The notes under the pieces were generated by a model. The model was not told the origin of the DNA. It saw only the letters and a list, made by a program, of their open reading frames with translations, and did no database searches. A stretch of 53,854 bases of DNA from Candidatus Poseidoniales archaeon (GTDB lineage Archaea > Thermoplasmatota > Poseidoniia > Poseidoniales > Poseidoniaceae), in the NCBI GenBank assembly GCA_013911465.1, contig JACETE010000001.1:1-53854 (forward strand), in the 5' to 3' direction. Positions 19,915 through 28,608 of this stretch are shown piece by piece. The position numbers and the translations under genes are program-made. Every line of letters begins with the position of its first letter. Position 1 is the first letter of the stretch.

Positions 19915-21288
19915 ATGGCGCTTGAAGGACTTTCACGTGGGATTTTTCGTTCCCTCGGGCTCCTTCGAAGCAAACGTCGTCTCAATGAAGAAGAACTCAA
20001 AGATATGACAAAGAGCCTACGACGTGCCCTGCAGGAAGCCGATTTCAACGTTCGGCAGACCAAGGAAATAGTCGACCGTTTGGAAGAGCGAATGCGTGAA
20101 GAGGAACCACGCCCTGGTGTCGATCTACAGACACACGCAATGAACATCCTGTATCTCGAACTTGTTCGAATTCTAGGATCTTCTCATGAATTCCAACCTC
20201 GCGGTGCTACCCTTCTACTCGTCGGGCTTTATGGTCAAGGAAAGACCACAACAACTGCAAAATTAGCAGAATGGTATCGGAAAAAACACGGTCTTCGCGT
20301 AGCTGTTATCGAAGCTGACGTACATCGTCCAGGTGCATACGCGCAACTTTCCCAACTCTTGGAAGATTCATCTGTTGTCGTGTATGGTGAACCCGATGAG
20401 AAAGACGCTGCCACCATCGTTCGGAATGGTCTAGCAGCTTGCTCAGCAGCCGATTTGGTGATTGTTGACACTGCAGGACGACATCAACTTGATGAAGAAC
20501 TGGTCGAAGAATTGGAACGTATTGCATCCATCACACGCGCAACTGAGCGTTGGCTTGTCATCGATGCACAAGTTGGTCAAGCTGCAGGACCTGTTGCTGC
20601 TTCATTTCACGACCTAGCAGGTGTAACGGGAATTGTCGTAACAAAATTGGACGGTACTGCCCGTGGCGGTGGTGCTTTGTCCGCTGTTGCTGCAACAGGG
20701 GCGCCTCTTGTTCACATTGGTGTTGGAGAGAAAGTTTCTGATCTTGAAAAGTTTGAAGCAGACAGATTCATCTCTCGATTGCTTGGAATGGGCGATATTC
20801 GAGGTCTCATTGATCTTGCGCCTGAGGATCTTGACGAAGAAGAGGCAATGCGATTGACCCAACGTCTTATGTCTGGCCGATTTAACTTAAACGACATGTA
20901 CAAGCAAATGGAAATGATGGCAAAGGTTGGAACAATTGACAAACTAATGTCATTTTTACCTGGTAGTATGTTTGGAGGCCTTGGAGGTATGTCAAAGTCC
21001 CAAAAAGAAGCAATGCAAGGGAATCTAGACCGATACAGAACCATCATGGATTCGATGACTGGTTGGGAAAAGAACGAACCTGCTAAGATAAAGGCAGAAC
21101 GAATCCAAAGAATTGCTCGTGGTTCCGGTGTTAAAGAGAAGGATGTTAGGGAACTCATTGCTCAATGGAAACGCTCTCGTAAGATGATGAAAGGTATGGG
21201 CGGTAATCGTAAGTTGAACAAACAGATGCGTAAGATGATGAAAGACGGCGATATGGACAACATGGACCCATCAGCATTCGGCATGTGA
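19915..21288 (+). CDS. srp54: Signal recognition particle protein SRP54
   Basis: N domain, G domain (GLYGQGKTTTTAKLA, DTAGRH, TKLDG) and a Met-rich M domain (MEMMAKVG...MRKMMKDGDM). Confidence 0.95.
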   Translation: MALEGLSRGIFRSLGLLRSKRRLNEEELKDMTKSLRRALQEADFNVRQTKEIVDRLEERMREEEPRPGVDLQTHAMNILYLELVRILGSSHEFQPRGATLLLVGLYGQGKTTTTAKLAEWYRKKHGLRVAVIEADVHRPGAYAQLSQLLEDSSVVVYGEPDEKDAATIVRNGLAACSAADLVIVDTAGRHQLDEELVEELERIASITRATERWLVIDAQVGQAAGPVAASFHDLAGVTGIVVTKLDGTARGGGALSAVAATGAPLVHIGVGEKVSDLEKFEADRFISRLLGMGDIRGLIDLAPEDLDEEEAMRLTQRLMSGRFNLNDMYKQMEMMAKVGTIDKLMSFLPGSMFGGLGGMSKSQKEAMQGNLDRYRTIMDSMTGWEKNEPAKIKAERIQRIARGSGVKEKDVRELIAQWKRSRKMMKGMGGNRKLNKQMRKMMKDGDMDNMDPSAFGM

Positions 21289-21303
21289 TGTGTGAGTGAT
21301 CCA

Positions 21304-21630
21304 ATGCGTCTCTATCACAATCCACGATGTTCTAAGTCTAGAGAAGCAGTCAATCTTCTCCTCAATGCAGGATATGAATTCGAAGAGTACCGATACCTAT
21401 CGGATGGAATTGCTCATGAAGATTTGGCGATTCTATCAAATCTAAGTGGAATTGTTCGAAACAAGGATGTTCAAGGCGAAATCGATGTCAACAACCTCGA
21501 ACCTTCAGACATTCGACAACTCTTGATTGATCAACCAAAATGTTTGGAACGTCCGGTATTGATTCTGAATGGAAAAGCCGTCATAGGAAGGCCTCCTGAA
21601 TTGATCTTGGAGTTCTTGGCGAATCAGTAG
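21304..21630 (+). CDS. ArsC/YfgD-family (arsenate reductase / Spx superfamily) protein
   Basis: YHNPRCSKSREAVNLL N-terminal motif and a length of about 108 aa. I prefer the ATG at 21304 over the GTG at 21292. Confidence 0.85.
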   Translation: MRLYHNPRCSKSREAVNLLLNAGYEFEEYRYLSDGIAHEDLAILSNLSGIVRNKDVQGEIDVNNLEPSDIRQLLIDQPKCLERPVLILNGKAVIGRPPELILEFLANQ

Positions 21631-23150
21631 GTCTTAGCCAGCAAGACTCGTCGTTTTGTCGGTTTTCCGCTCATGTGACATGGTCGCTCATCTGGGAAAT
21701 CCTCCGTTGAATCTCCTAAGAATGTCAACCCAGTAGAACGTTCTATAATTTCTGCATGAGAATCTGAACCATCAAATGGAAGTTCGTAGATATGTCCTTC
21801 CTTGACTTCTCCATTCATCTTCCATTGACCATTTTCTTCAACAAATGGTGGCAATGGTTGTATGACATGGTCCATGTGTTCAGTTGAACGCGTCTTGAGA
21901 ACTGTAGAAATATCGTCCAAAACCTGACGTACGGAATTAACGATGTCATCGATAGGCAATGGCTGTTTTCCACCTGTGCGTTTTGCTGCGAAAGCTGTGC
22001 CTTGTTCAACATCACGGGGGCCAATATCGAGTCGGAGAGGGACCCCTTTAATTTCCCAATCGTAGTATTTCTGGCCGGGGTGCAAGTCACGATCATCTAC
22101 ATGGACACGAAGGCCAGCATTCCGAAGGGTCTCCGCAACATCGTGTGAAATAGAGATGGTATCAACCTCAGAGTTCTTTCGAACCATTGGGCAAATGACA
22201 ACTTGCCAAGGGGCGATAGCAGGTGGCATAATCAATCCTGCATCGTCTCCATGCATACCCACTAAAGCACCGAGCAGACGCTCAGACATACCGTATGTGG
22301 TTTGATGAACGTGTTGTTGTTTAGCCTCTAAATTCTCATACGTAATGTCAAATGCCTTTGCCCATTGATCCCTGTAATGGTGACAACTTGCGACTTGGAG
22401 TGTTCGACCGTTCGGCATGACTGCATCAATTCCGATTGTATAGTGCGCACCAGGGAATGTGTCCCAAACTGGGCGTTTTGCTTTGATGATTGGTAGGCAT
22501 AACTTTTCCATCAGTCTGTCAACTATTTCCAAATCTTGTTCGATTTGTCGTGTAGCATCTTCCTCATTAGCATGAGCCGTGTGTGCTTCAAAGAAGTGAA
22601 TTTCACGTACACGAATGAAGGAACGTGTCTGTTTTGTTTCGTATCGGAATGTATTGACCATCTGATAGACTTTCAAAGGCAAATCCTTGTGACTACGAAT
22701 CCAGAGTGGAAACATTGTGTACATCGCTGTTTCGCTTGTAGGGCGCAGGAACATCGGTATGTCCAATTCGTTTTCACCTGCATGCTTAACCCAATACACT
22801 TCCTTCTTGAATCCAGCTTCTTCATCTTCATCTCGAAGTTCATCTGGGTCTACGCCTTCTTCACGAGCACGCTTTAACCTTGCAACGAGAGCATTTTCTT
22901 TTTCGAGTAAATCTTCTGGTATCAACAAAGGGAAATTGACTTCCTCATGACCAGTTCGATCCATTTCAGCATGAGTAAGCGCATCGATCTGACGCATAGC
23001 TTTCCAGCCGTATGGCCTCCAAACATCCATTCCCTTGATTGGATAACGCTTGTCGACAAGTTCCGCTGCCTCTACGATAAATGGATACCAAGCGTTGAAA
23101 TCTTCAACCTTGCTTGGAATTCCGCGCTTTGCTTTTGCAGGTTTGCCCAT
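21624..23150 (-). CDS. proS: Prolyl-tRNA synthetase, archaeal/eukaryote type
   Basis: FNAWYPFIVEAAELVD N-terminus, class II motifs (FRYETKQTRSFIRVREIHFFEAH) and a C-terminal extension ending in Tyr. Confidence 0.95.
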   Translation of the reverse strand: MGKPAKAKRGIPSKVEDFNAWYPFIVEAAELVDKRYPIKGMDVWRPYGWKAMRQIDALTHAEMDRTGHEEVNFPLLIPEDLLEKENALVARLKRAREEGVDPDELRDEDEEAGFKKEVYWVKHAGENELDIPMFLRPTSETAMYTMFPLWIRSHKDLPLKVYQMVNTFRYETKQTRSFIRVREIHFFEAHTAHANEEDATRQIEQDLEIVDRLMEKLCLPIIKAKRPVWDTFPGAHYTIGIDAVMPNGRTLQVASCHHYRDQWAKAFDITYENLEAKQQHVHQTTYGMSERLLGALVGMHGDDAGLIMPPAIAPWQVVICPMVRKNSEVDTISISHDVAETLRNAGLRVHVDDRDLHPGQKYYDWEIKGVPLRLDIGPRDVEQGTAFAAKRTGGKQPLPIDDIVNSVRQVLDDISTVLKTRSTEHMDHVIQPLPPFVEENGQWKMNGEVKEGHIYELPFDGSDSHAEIIERSTGLTFLGDSTEDFPDERPCHMSGKPTKRRVLLAKTY

Positions 23151-23212
23151 GTTTTGTCCTTACAGCACCTGCTCATCAAGATGACGGAGGAATTAACCTT
23201 GCTATGATTGCT

Positions 23213-23794
23213 TCACTGTCTTTTTCTGAGCAGGAACATCATGGCGATAAGAGAAACAACTGCAACAACATCAGGAATCCCTACAACACCTTCTGTGACC
23301 GGAAGGCTCCATCCATTTATAGAGTCCAATTGATAAATCTCGAGGAGGTTCATTTTCGTGTGTCCTTCATTGGAACATGCATTTGTGCACATCGAACCAA
23401 CGAGAGTATGAAGATAGCCGAACATGTTTGCGAGTACAGCGAGTAATCCGATGAGTGATGCATAACTCATGATTCCGAATGATTTCTTGTTCTTTGTGTC
23501 TCCGGCAATTGGCATTGGTGCAATAGGAGGAAGTTCTGCCGCAGGGGCAGGAGGATGTTCTAAGGCGACATCTCCAATGACTTCAATCATCATGTCTGTG
23601 GCTGGAAGCGGTGCGGATGGGGCTGTATCCTGATTCTCAAAATCACGTAATTTTTTAGGTTGAACAGGTTGGATTTTGATTCCATAAAGACGGTCTGCCA
23701 ATGATGCTAGAGCAGGATCTTCAGCAACTTCTGCTGCATCCAACTCCCCATCAAGGAGTTTTTGCAGACGTTCCTGGATATCGCTCATTGACAA
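23213..23794 (-). CDS. Hypothetical membrane protein
   Basis: Acidic, helical N-terminus, a Pro/Ala-rich linker and two predicted TM helices (ASLIGLLAVLANMFGYL, VVAVVSLIAMMFLL). GAGGAG lies upstream of the ATG. No family recognised. Confidence 0.5.
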   Translation of the reverse strand: MSMSDIQERLQKLLDGELDAAEVAEDPALASLADRLYGIKIQPVQPKKLRDFENQDTAPSAPLPATDMMIEVIGDVALEHPPAPAAELPPIAPMPIAGDTKNKKSFGIMSYASLIGLLAVLANMFGYLHTLVGSMCTNACSNEGHTKMNLLEIYQLDSINGWSLPVTEGVVGIPDVVAVVSLIAMMFLLRKRQ

Positions 23795-23857
23795 CTCCTC
23801 GTGTTGTGGGCTGATGCTCCATCATTCATGAAGCCTCCTTTTCACTAACGTGTTCAA

Positions 23858-24520
23858 TCAAGCCTTGCCGGCAGCTTCTACTTCAGCCCAATCACGCATG
23901 AACCCTTCCAAGCCACGATCGGTGAGTGGATGCTTCATTAATTGCCTGAAAATCTTTGCAGGCATTGTTGCAGTGTGCGCTCCAAGTTGCATGCATTGCA
24001 ATACGTGAGTAGGGTGTCGAATTGAAGCGGCTAGAACCTTTGTCGTAATGGATTCATACTTTGACCAAGTTTCCATGATTTCTGCAATCAAATTCATACC
24101 ATCATGTCCAGTATCATCGATTCTTCCGATGAAAGGCGAAACGTATGTAGCGCCTGCTTTTGCGGCCATCAATGCTTGCGATGCTGAGAAGATGAGGGTG
24201 ACGTTTGTATCGACTCCTTCATCAGTGAGAACTTTTGTAGCTGCAAGCCCTTCAGGAGTACACGGAATTTTGATGATGACATTTTCAGGCAATTCGGATT
24301 TGAGTTGTCGTGCTTGTTCCAACATCCCTTGGGTATCCATCGCTGTAACTTCGGCAGAGATTGGACCTGAACAGATTCCAGCAATCTCGCGAACGACTTC
24401 TTTGAAATCCCGTCCACTTTTCTTGATAAGAGAAGGATTTGTCGTGACACCGTCAAGGATGCCCCAGGCTGCTATTTCACGAATTTCGTCAACGTCGGCT
24501 GTATCTAAGAAGAACTCCAT
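23858..24520 (-). CDS. tal: Short-type transaldolase / fructose-6-phosphate aldolase family
   Basis: [13 protein letters not shown]...DGVTTNPSL, the Schiff-base lysine context (IIKIPCT) and a length of 220 aa. Confidence 0.9.
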   Translation of the reverse strand: MEFFLDTADVDEIREIAAWGILDGVTTNPSLIKKSGRDFKEVVREIAGICSGPISAEVTAMDTQGMLEQARQLKSELPENVIIKIPCTPEGLAATKVLTDEGVDTNVTLIFSASQALMAAKAGATYVSPFIGRIDDTGHDGMNLIAEIMETWSKYESITTKVLAASIRHPTHVLQCMQLGAHTATMPAKIFRQLMKHPLTDRGLEGFMRDWAEVEAAGKA

Positions 24521-24562
24521 GACTTCGCCTTCAATTGACGATTCATGAACATGATGGTTGCA

Positions 24563-25501
24563 TCACTTGCGTTGAATTGCCCGCAGTGCTGCCTTTACAA
24601 TGTGAGGACTGCTTAACTCCATCAACTCCAACATTTCATCTGCTTGTCCAGATTCACCGAATCGATCTTTCACACCTACTCGCTCCAGAGGTGTTGATGT
24701 TGAGCCAGAAAGATGTTCTGCTACTGCACCTCCGAGCCCTCCTATGACCGAGTGATCCTCAGCGGTTACAATAGCACCACATTGTGCAGATACTTTGTCG
24801 ACTAATGCAGTATCTAATGGCTTGATTGTGTGCATGTCGATAACCGTAGCATTGACTCCTTGCTGTTCAAGTAGGTCAGCAGCCTTCAATGCTTCAGAAA
24901 CAAGAACTCCACATGAAATAATTGCAACATCCGAACCGCGTTTCAGTTCTATTCCTTTTCCGATTTGAATCGTTCCTGGTTCAACATTGTCGTAAAGAAC
25001 AGGAGTCTTGTTTCGAGCAGTTCTCGTGTAGGATGGTTGCTTTGATTCAGCAAGTTGTTTGGTTAGAATACGTGTGCTGACATCATCACATGGATGAAGC
25101 ACCGTCACATTTGGTAGCGTTCGGTAAATGGCCAAATCCTCTATGGATTGGGCTGAAGAACCATCCGTTCCAGTGTGTGTTCCACCGTGTGAACCACACA
25201 GATGAACCGCCAACCCTGGACGTGCAACACCATTGCGCATTTGCTCGAATGCTCGCTCGGTAAAGATTGCAAATGTTGATGCAAAGGGTATGTATCCACT
25301 GGACGCAAGTCCTGCTGCAACCAAAAGCATGTTCTGTTCACCGATTCCACACGATATCGTTCGATCAGGATGTTCCTTTCTGAAGTGCAAAGATTTGGTT
25401 GATTTACCAAGATCTGCTTCGAGAACAACGACTTTGTCGTTTTCAGCGAGATCCAGCAATGCTTGACCATATCCGTCTCGTGTAGCTGCCATTCTCGTCA
25501 T
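24563..25501 (-). CDS. Transketolase, C-terminal (pyrimidine-binding) subunit
   Basis: TRDGYGQAL...GIGEQNM...GSHGGTHTGTDGSSAQSIEDLA. Its ATG overlaps the stop of the N-terminal subunit gene (ATGA). Confidence 0.9.
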   Translation of the reverse strand: MTRMAATRDGYGQALLDLAENDKVVVLEADLGKSTKSLHFRKEHPDRTISCGIGEQNMLLVAAGLASSGYIPFASTFAIFTERAFEQMRNGVARPGLAVHLCGSHGGTHTGTDGSSAQSIEDLAIYRTLPNVTVLHPCDDVSTRILTKQLAESKQPSYTRTARNKTPVLYDNVEPGTIQIGKGIELKRGSDVAIISCGVLVSEALKAADLLEQQGVNATVIDMHTIKPLDTALVDKVSAQCGAIVTAEDHSVIGGLGGAVAEHLSGSTSTPLERVGVKDRFGESGQADEMLELMELSSPHIVKAALRAIQRK

Positions 25502-26322
25502 TCTACCGCCCCCAGTTCTTTCATTGCGATCGCATACTGTTCATCGTTGGGTGCTGCTCCGTGGAATGATGGATTGTCTTCCATGTACGATACACCTTTG
25601 CCTTTGATGGTGTGAGCAATCAGAATTGATGGTCCATCGTTAGAGTGATCGAGGAATTCAATGCCATCAACAATTTCTTGCATGTTATGTCCGTCAATTT
25701 CCTTTACATTCCATCCAAACGCTTTCCATTTTGCAGGAATGTCGAACATTCGCATTTGCGATTCGCAGAAATCATCATTCTGAATTCTGTTTCGATCGAG
25801 GATAACTTTCAAATTACCAAGTTCGTGATGGGTTGCGGCCATTGCTGCTTCCCATACAGAACCTTCCTGAATCTCGCCGTCCCCTAACATGACAAATGCT
25901 CGTCGCTCGCTACCATCAATTCGTGCTGCAAGAGCACATCCCATACCGAAAGATAGGCCCATACCCAAACTTCCTGCACTGAAATCTACACCAGGGCACC
26001 ACTTCATATCGACGTGACCTTGACAAATCCCACCGAGGACACGATAGGAGTGAAGATCCTCATGCTGAATGAATCCCTTCTCAGCCAACAGCGCATACAT
26101 TCCAGGTGATGCATGTCCTTTCGAAAGAATGAACCGATCACGATCTTCCCAATCGGGTTCATCTGGACGCACACGTAGACTCGTTGAGTACAGTGCGGCC
26201 ATGAGATCAATTTCTGATAATGAGCCACCAGGGTGGCCAGCCTGTGCCCTGTAAACCATGTTGACAATTTCAATACGACAACGTCGGGCAATTTCTTCAA
26301 GTTCGGATAGTGTAGCGGACAT
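25498..26322 (-). CDS. Transketolase, N-terminal (TPP-binding) subunit
   Basis: AQAGHPGGSLS, SKGHASPGMYA, GSLGMGLSFG, LGDGEIQEGSVWEA. I prefer the ATG at 26322 (MSATLSE) over the upstream in-frame TTG at 26334. Confidence 0.9.
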   Translation of the reverse strand: MSATLSELEEIARRCRIEIVNMVYRAQAGHPGGSLSEIDLMAALYSTSLRVRPDEPDWEDRDRFILSKGHASPGMYALLAEKGFIQHEDLHSYRVLGGICQGHVDMKWCPGVDFSAGSLGMGLSFGMGCALAARIDGSERRAFVMLGDGEIQEGSVWEAAMAATHHELGNLKVILDRNRIQNDDFCESQMRMFDIPAKWKAFGWNVKEIDGHNMQEIVDGIEFLDHSNDGPSILIAHTIKGKGVSYMEDNPSFHGAAPNDEQYAIAMKELGAVE

Positions 26323-26323
26323 A

Positions 26324-26345
26324 ATGGCCAACAAACATTGGCCAT
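26324..26345 (-). promoter_or_regulatory. Hairpin (ATGGCCAA / TTGGCCAT, 6-nt loop) between the OPT gene end and the transketolase N-subunit start
   Basis: Perfect 8-bp inverted repeat read directly from the sequence. It ends 1 nt upstream of the preferred ATG at 26322. Confidence 0.3.
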
Positions 26346-26375
26346 CGCTTTGAGCCTTTGATAATTACCGTTGAA

Positions 26376-28454
26376 TTATTTGGATTGTGGAATCAAAGAG
26401 CGAACAAATTTTTTGATTGAATGCGTTGCAGTGGTAAAGATTTCTTTGGCCAAATTCCCACCATCGGGTAGTGCACGGGTAGCAAGCCAGATAAAGACTC
26501 CAACGAACCAAGCAAAGAACAACAAGGAGAACATTTGAGAGAGTTCATTGATACCAAAGAGGACATCCAATTTGATATTGAGGACGATTAAGACCGCGAT
26601 GAGAACTCCAAGTATTGATTCACCTGCAATAAATCCAGCACCAATGAGGACACCCCGGCTCTCTACATCGGATGCAGCTTGTTTGGCATCCTCGGATGGC
26701 TCGCCATCAAGTGTACCATCTACACGGATGTATGCAGCTCCAATCGCAAGGGACGAGAGAATACCACCAAGCATGATTGGGACGCTTAGTTTCAAAGGTA
26801 GGTAAATACCGATTGCGACAGACATAACAGGCATTGAGAGACGAATCAAAACCACAGCAAGTGCTGCTCCCAAGAAAACCATTGGAAGATTCATATCGCC
26901 AACAAACGCTCCTTTTACGATGGCACCAATTAGCTCAGCTTGTGGAGCAAACAAGGCTTCACTACAATCGTACAATTCTTTGCTCGATCCTTCCGCCTGA
27001 GCAGCAATGATTCGTTCATTAGTCGCAAGACATGCTGTTGAGGAGATTTGGAAGGCATTGTGCAGTAAAGCAATTGTTGGTCCAATAACAAAAGCACCTG
27101 TGATGACACCTACAATCTCTGCAACCTGTTGCCTCCATGGTGTAGCCCCTACCATGTGTCCTGTCTTCAAATCCTGCATAACATCACCCGCAATTGCTGC
27201 GCTACTTGCAACAACTGCAGCGATGAGGAGCGTAGCATACATCAGTTCAGTTTGTGATAAGCCAAGGAACAACGATCCTACAATCCACACCAGCCCGACC
27301 GTGAACAACAACGTTGCGATGGTCATTCCCGATACTGGAGAATTGCTCGAACCAACGACACCTGCAATGTATCCTGCAACTGCTGCAAAGAAGAATGCTA
27401 CCATTGCTAAAAACAATGCACCAGCAAGAGATAAGACGAGCGAACCTGTTATCATCCAATAGAAGAAAAACGTGAGAACGACGAGTACTGCACAAACAAC
27501 GGTGACCCACTTCAACGGCAAATCTTTCTCGGTTCGTAGATGCAATTCAGAATCTGTATCACTTTGAACAAAGGACTTCTTGAGGCCAGTAATGATGGTT
27601 TTTCTCATGCTCCAAAGGGTATAAATTCCACCGACGACCATTGCACCAACACCAACGTATCGGACCTGTTCAAGCCATAATTTATCGAATCCTTGGGCCA
27701 ATGAATCTGAGGCAGGCCATCCGTTCAGATAACCAAAAAGTGGGACAAGAATTCCAAATCCAAGAATACCTCCGAGGAAAATATAGGAAGCAATTCGAAT
27801 TCCTACAATGAAGCCTACGGAGAGAAGCGCTACCGATAGATCGATGCCAGCATACATACGCGTTTTCATAAATTCAAATGCTGTTTCAGCTGAATGATGT
27901 GTGACTTTGAATCCTTTCACCATGAGCCCATAGAGTGCTCCGATACCAAGTGCATATACAATAGCAAGGGCACCACTTCCACCCTCCTCTCCTGCTACGA
28001 GGACTTCGCGACAGGCAACACCTTCAGGATACGGCAATGCTTCCTCGACGATGAACAAACGTCGGAGCGCGATTGTGAACATCGTTCCCAACAGGCCTCC
28101 CAACAATGCGATTGCCAGCGTAGGAAACCATTCAATATCGACCCAAATGCCAATGACAAGCATTGCAGGGACAGTAAAAATTACTCCAGCAGCTAATGAT
28201 TCTCCAGCACTTGCCATGGTTTGTACAGCATTGTTTTCAAGGATACTGACATCTTTGAAAAGACTGCGAAGAATAAGCATCGACATTACAGCCGCAGGGA
28301 TACTGGCGGAAACAGTCATTCCTGCATAAAGGCCGAGGTAGGCATTTGCTGCAGTCATGAGAATGCCCAGTAGAACACCGACGACGAGGACGCGAACGGT
28401 CAATTCTTTTGGTTCTTGATCCGCTGGGATGTATGGGCCATCATCACCGGACAT
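26376..28454 (-). CDS. OPT-family oligopeptide transporter
   Basis: 692-aa polytopic protein with an OPT-type N-terminus (ELTVRVLVVGVLLGILMTAANAYLGLYAGMTVSASIPAAV) and a DLKTGHMVGATP motif. Confidence 0.9.
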   Translation of the reverse strand: MSGDDGPYIPADQEPKELTVRVLVVGVLLGILMTAANAYLGLYAGMTVSASIPAAVMSMLILRSLFKDVSILENNAVQTMASAGESLAAGVIFTVPAMLVIGIWVDIEWFPTLAIALLGGLLGTMFTIALRRLFIVEEALPYPEGVACREVLVAGEEGGSGALAIVYALGIGALYGLMVKGFKVTHHSAETAFEFMKTRMYAGIDLSVALLSVGFIVGIRIASYIFLGGILGFGILVPLFGYLNGWPASDSLAQGFDKLWLEQVRYVGVGAMVVGGIYTLWSMRKTIITGLKKSFVQSDTDSELHLRTEKDLPLKWVTVVCAVLVVLTFFFYWMITGSLVLSLAGALFLAMVAFFFAAVAGYIAGVVGSSNSPVSGMTIATLLFTVGLVWIVGSLFLGLSQTELMYATLLIAAVVASSAAIAGDVMQDLKTGHMVGATPWRQQVAEIVGVITGAFVIGPTIALLHNAFQISSTACLATNERIIAAQAEGSSKELYDCSEALFAPQAELIGAIVKGAFVGDMNLPMVFLGAALAVVLIRLSMPVMSVAIGIYLPLKLSVPIMLGGILSSLAIGAAYIRVDGTLDGEPSEDAKQAASDVESRGVLIGAGFIAGESILGVLIAVLIVLNIKLDVLFGINELSQMFSLLFFAWFVGVFIWLATRALPDGGNLAKEIFTTATHSIKKFVRSLIPQSK

Positions 28455-28576
28455 GGTCTACCCAATCCAACGAAGTTTGAGAAAGATTCGGCTGTTTTTT
28501 AACGAACCAACACGGGTATGATTTTCATGGGTTTTCCTCCATCAAAATCATAAAGCAGACAAGAGAGGCTACAGAG

Positions 28577-28598
28577 CAGAGGTTTCAACGGACCTCTG
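28577..28598 (+). promoter_or_regulatory. Hairpin (CAGAGGT / ACCTCTG, 8-nt loop) abutting the Shine-Dalgarno-like GGGGTGA of the P-type ATPase gene
   Basis: Perfect 7-bp stem read directly from the sequence. The 3' arm ends where GGGGTGA begins, and the ATG is at 28609. Confidence 0.3.
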
Positions 28599-28608
28599 GG
28601 GTGATTCA

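Noticed and set aside
20712-21158. 148-aa minus-strand ORF antisense to srp54
   Set aside because: It lies entirely within the well-supported SRP54 M-domain coding region and has no motifs or plausible start context.
24048-24548. 166-aa plus-strand ORF antisense to the transaldolase gene
   Set aside because: It is a shadow ORF of a strongly supported gene, and its translation is Ser/Pro/Ala-rich with no recognisable features.
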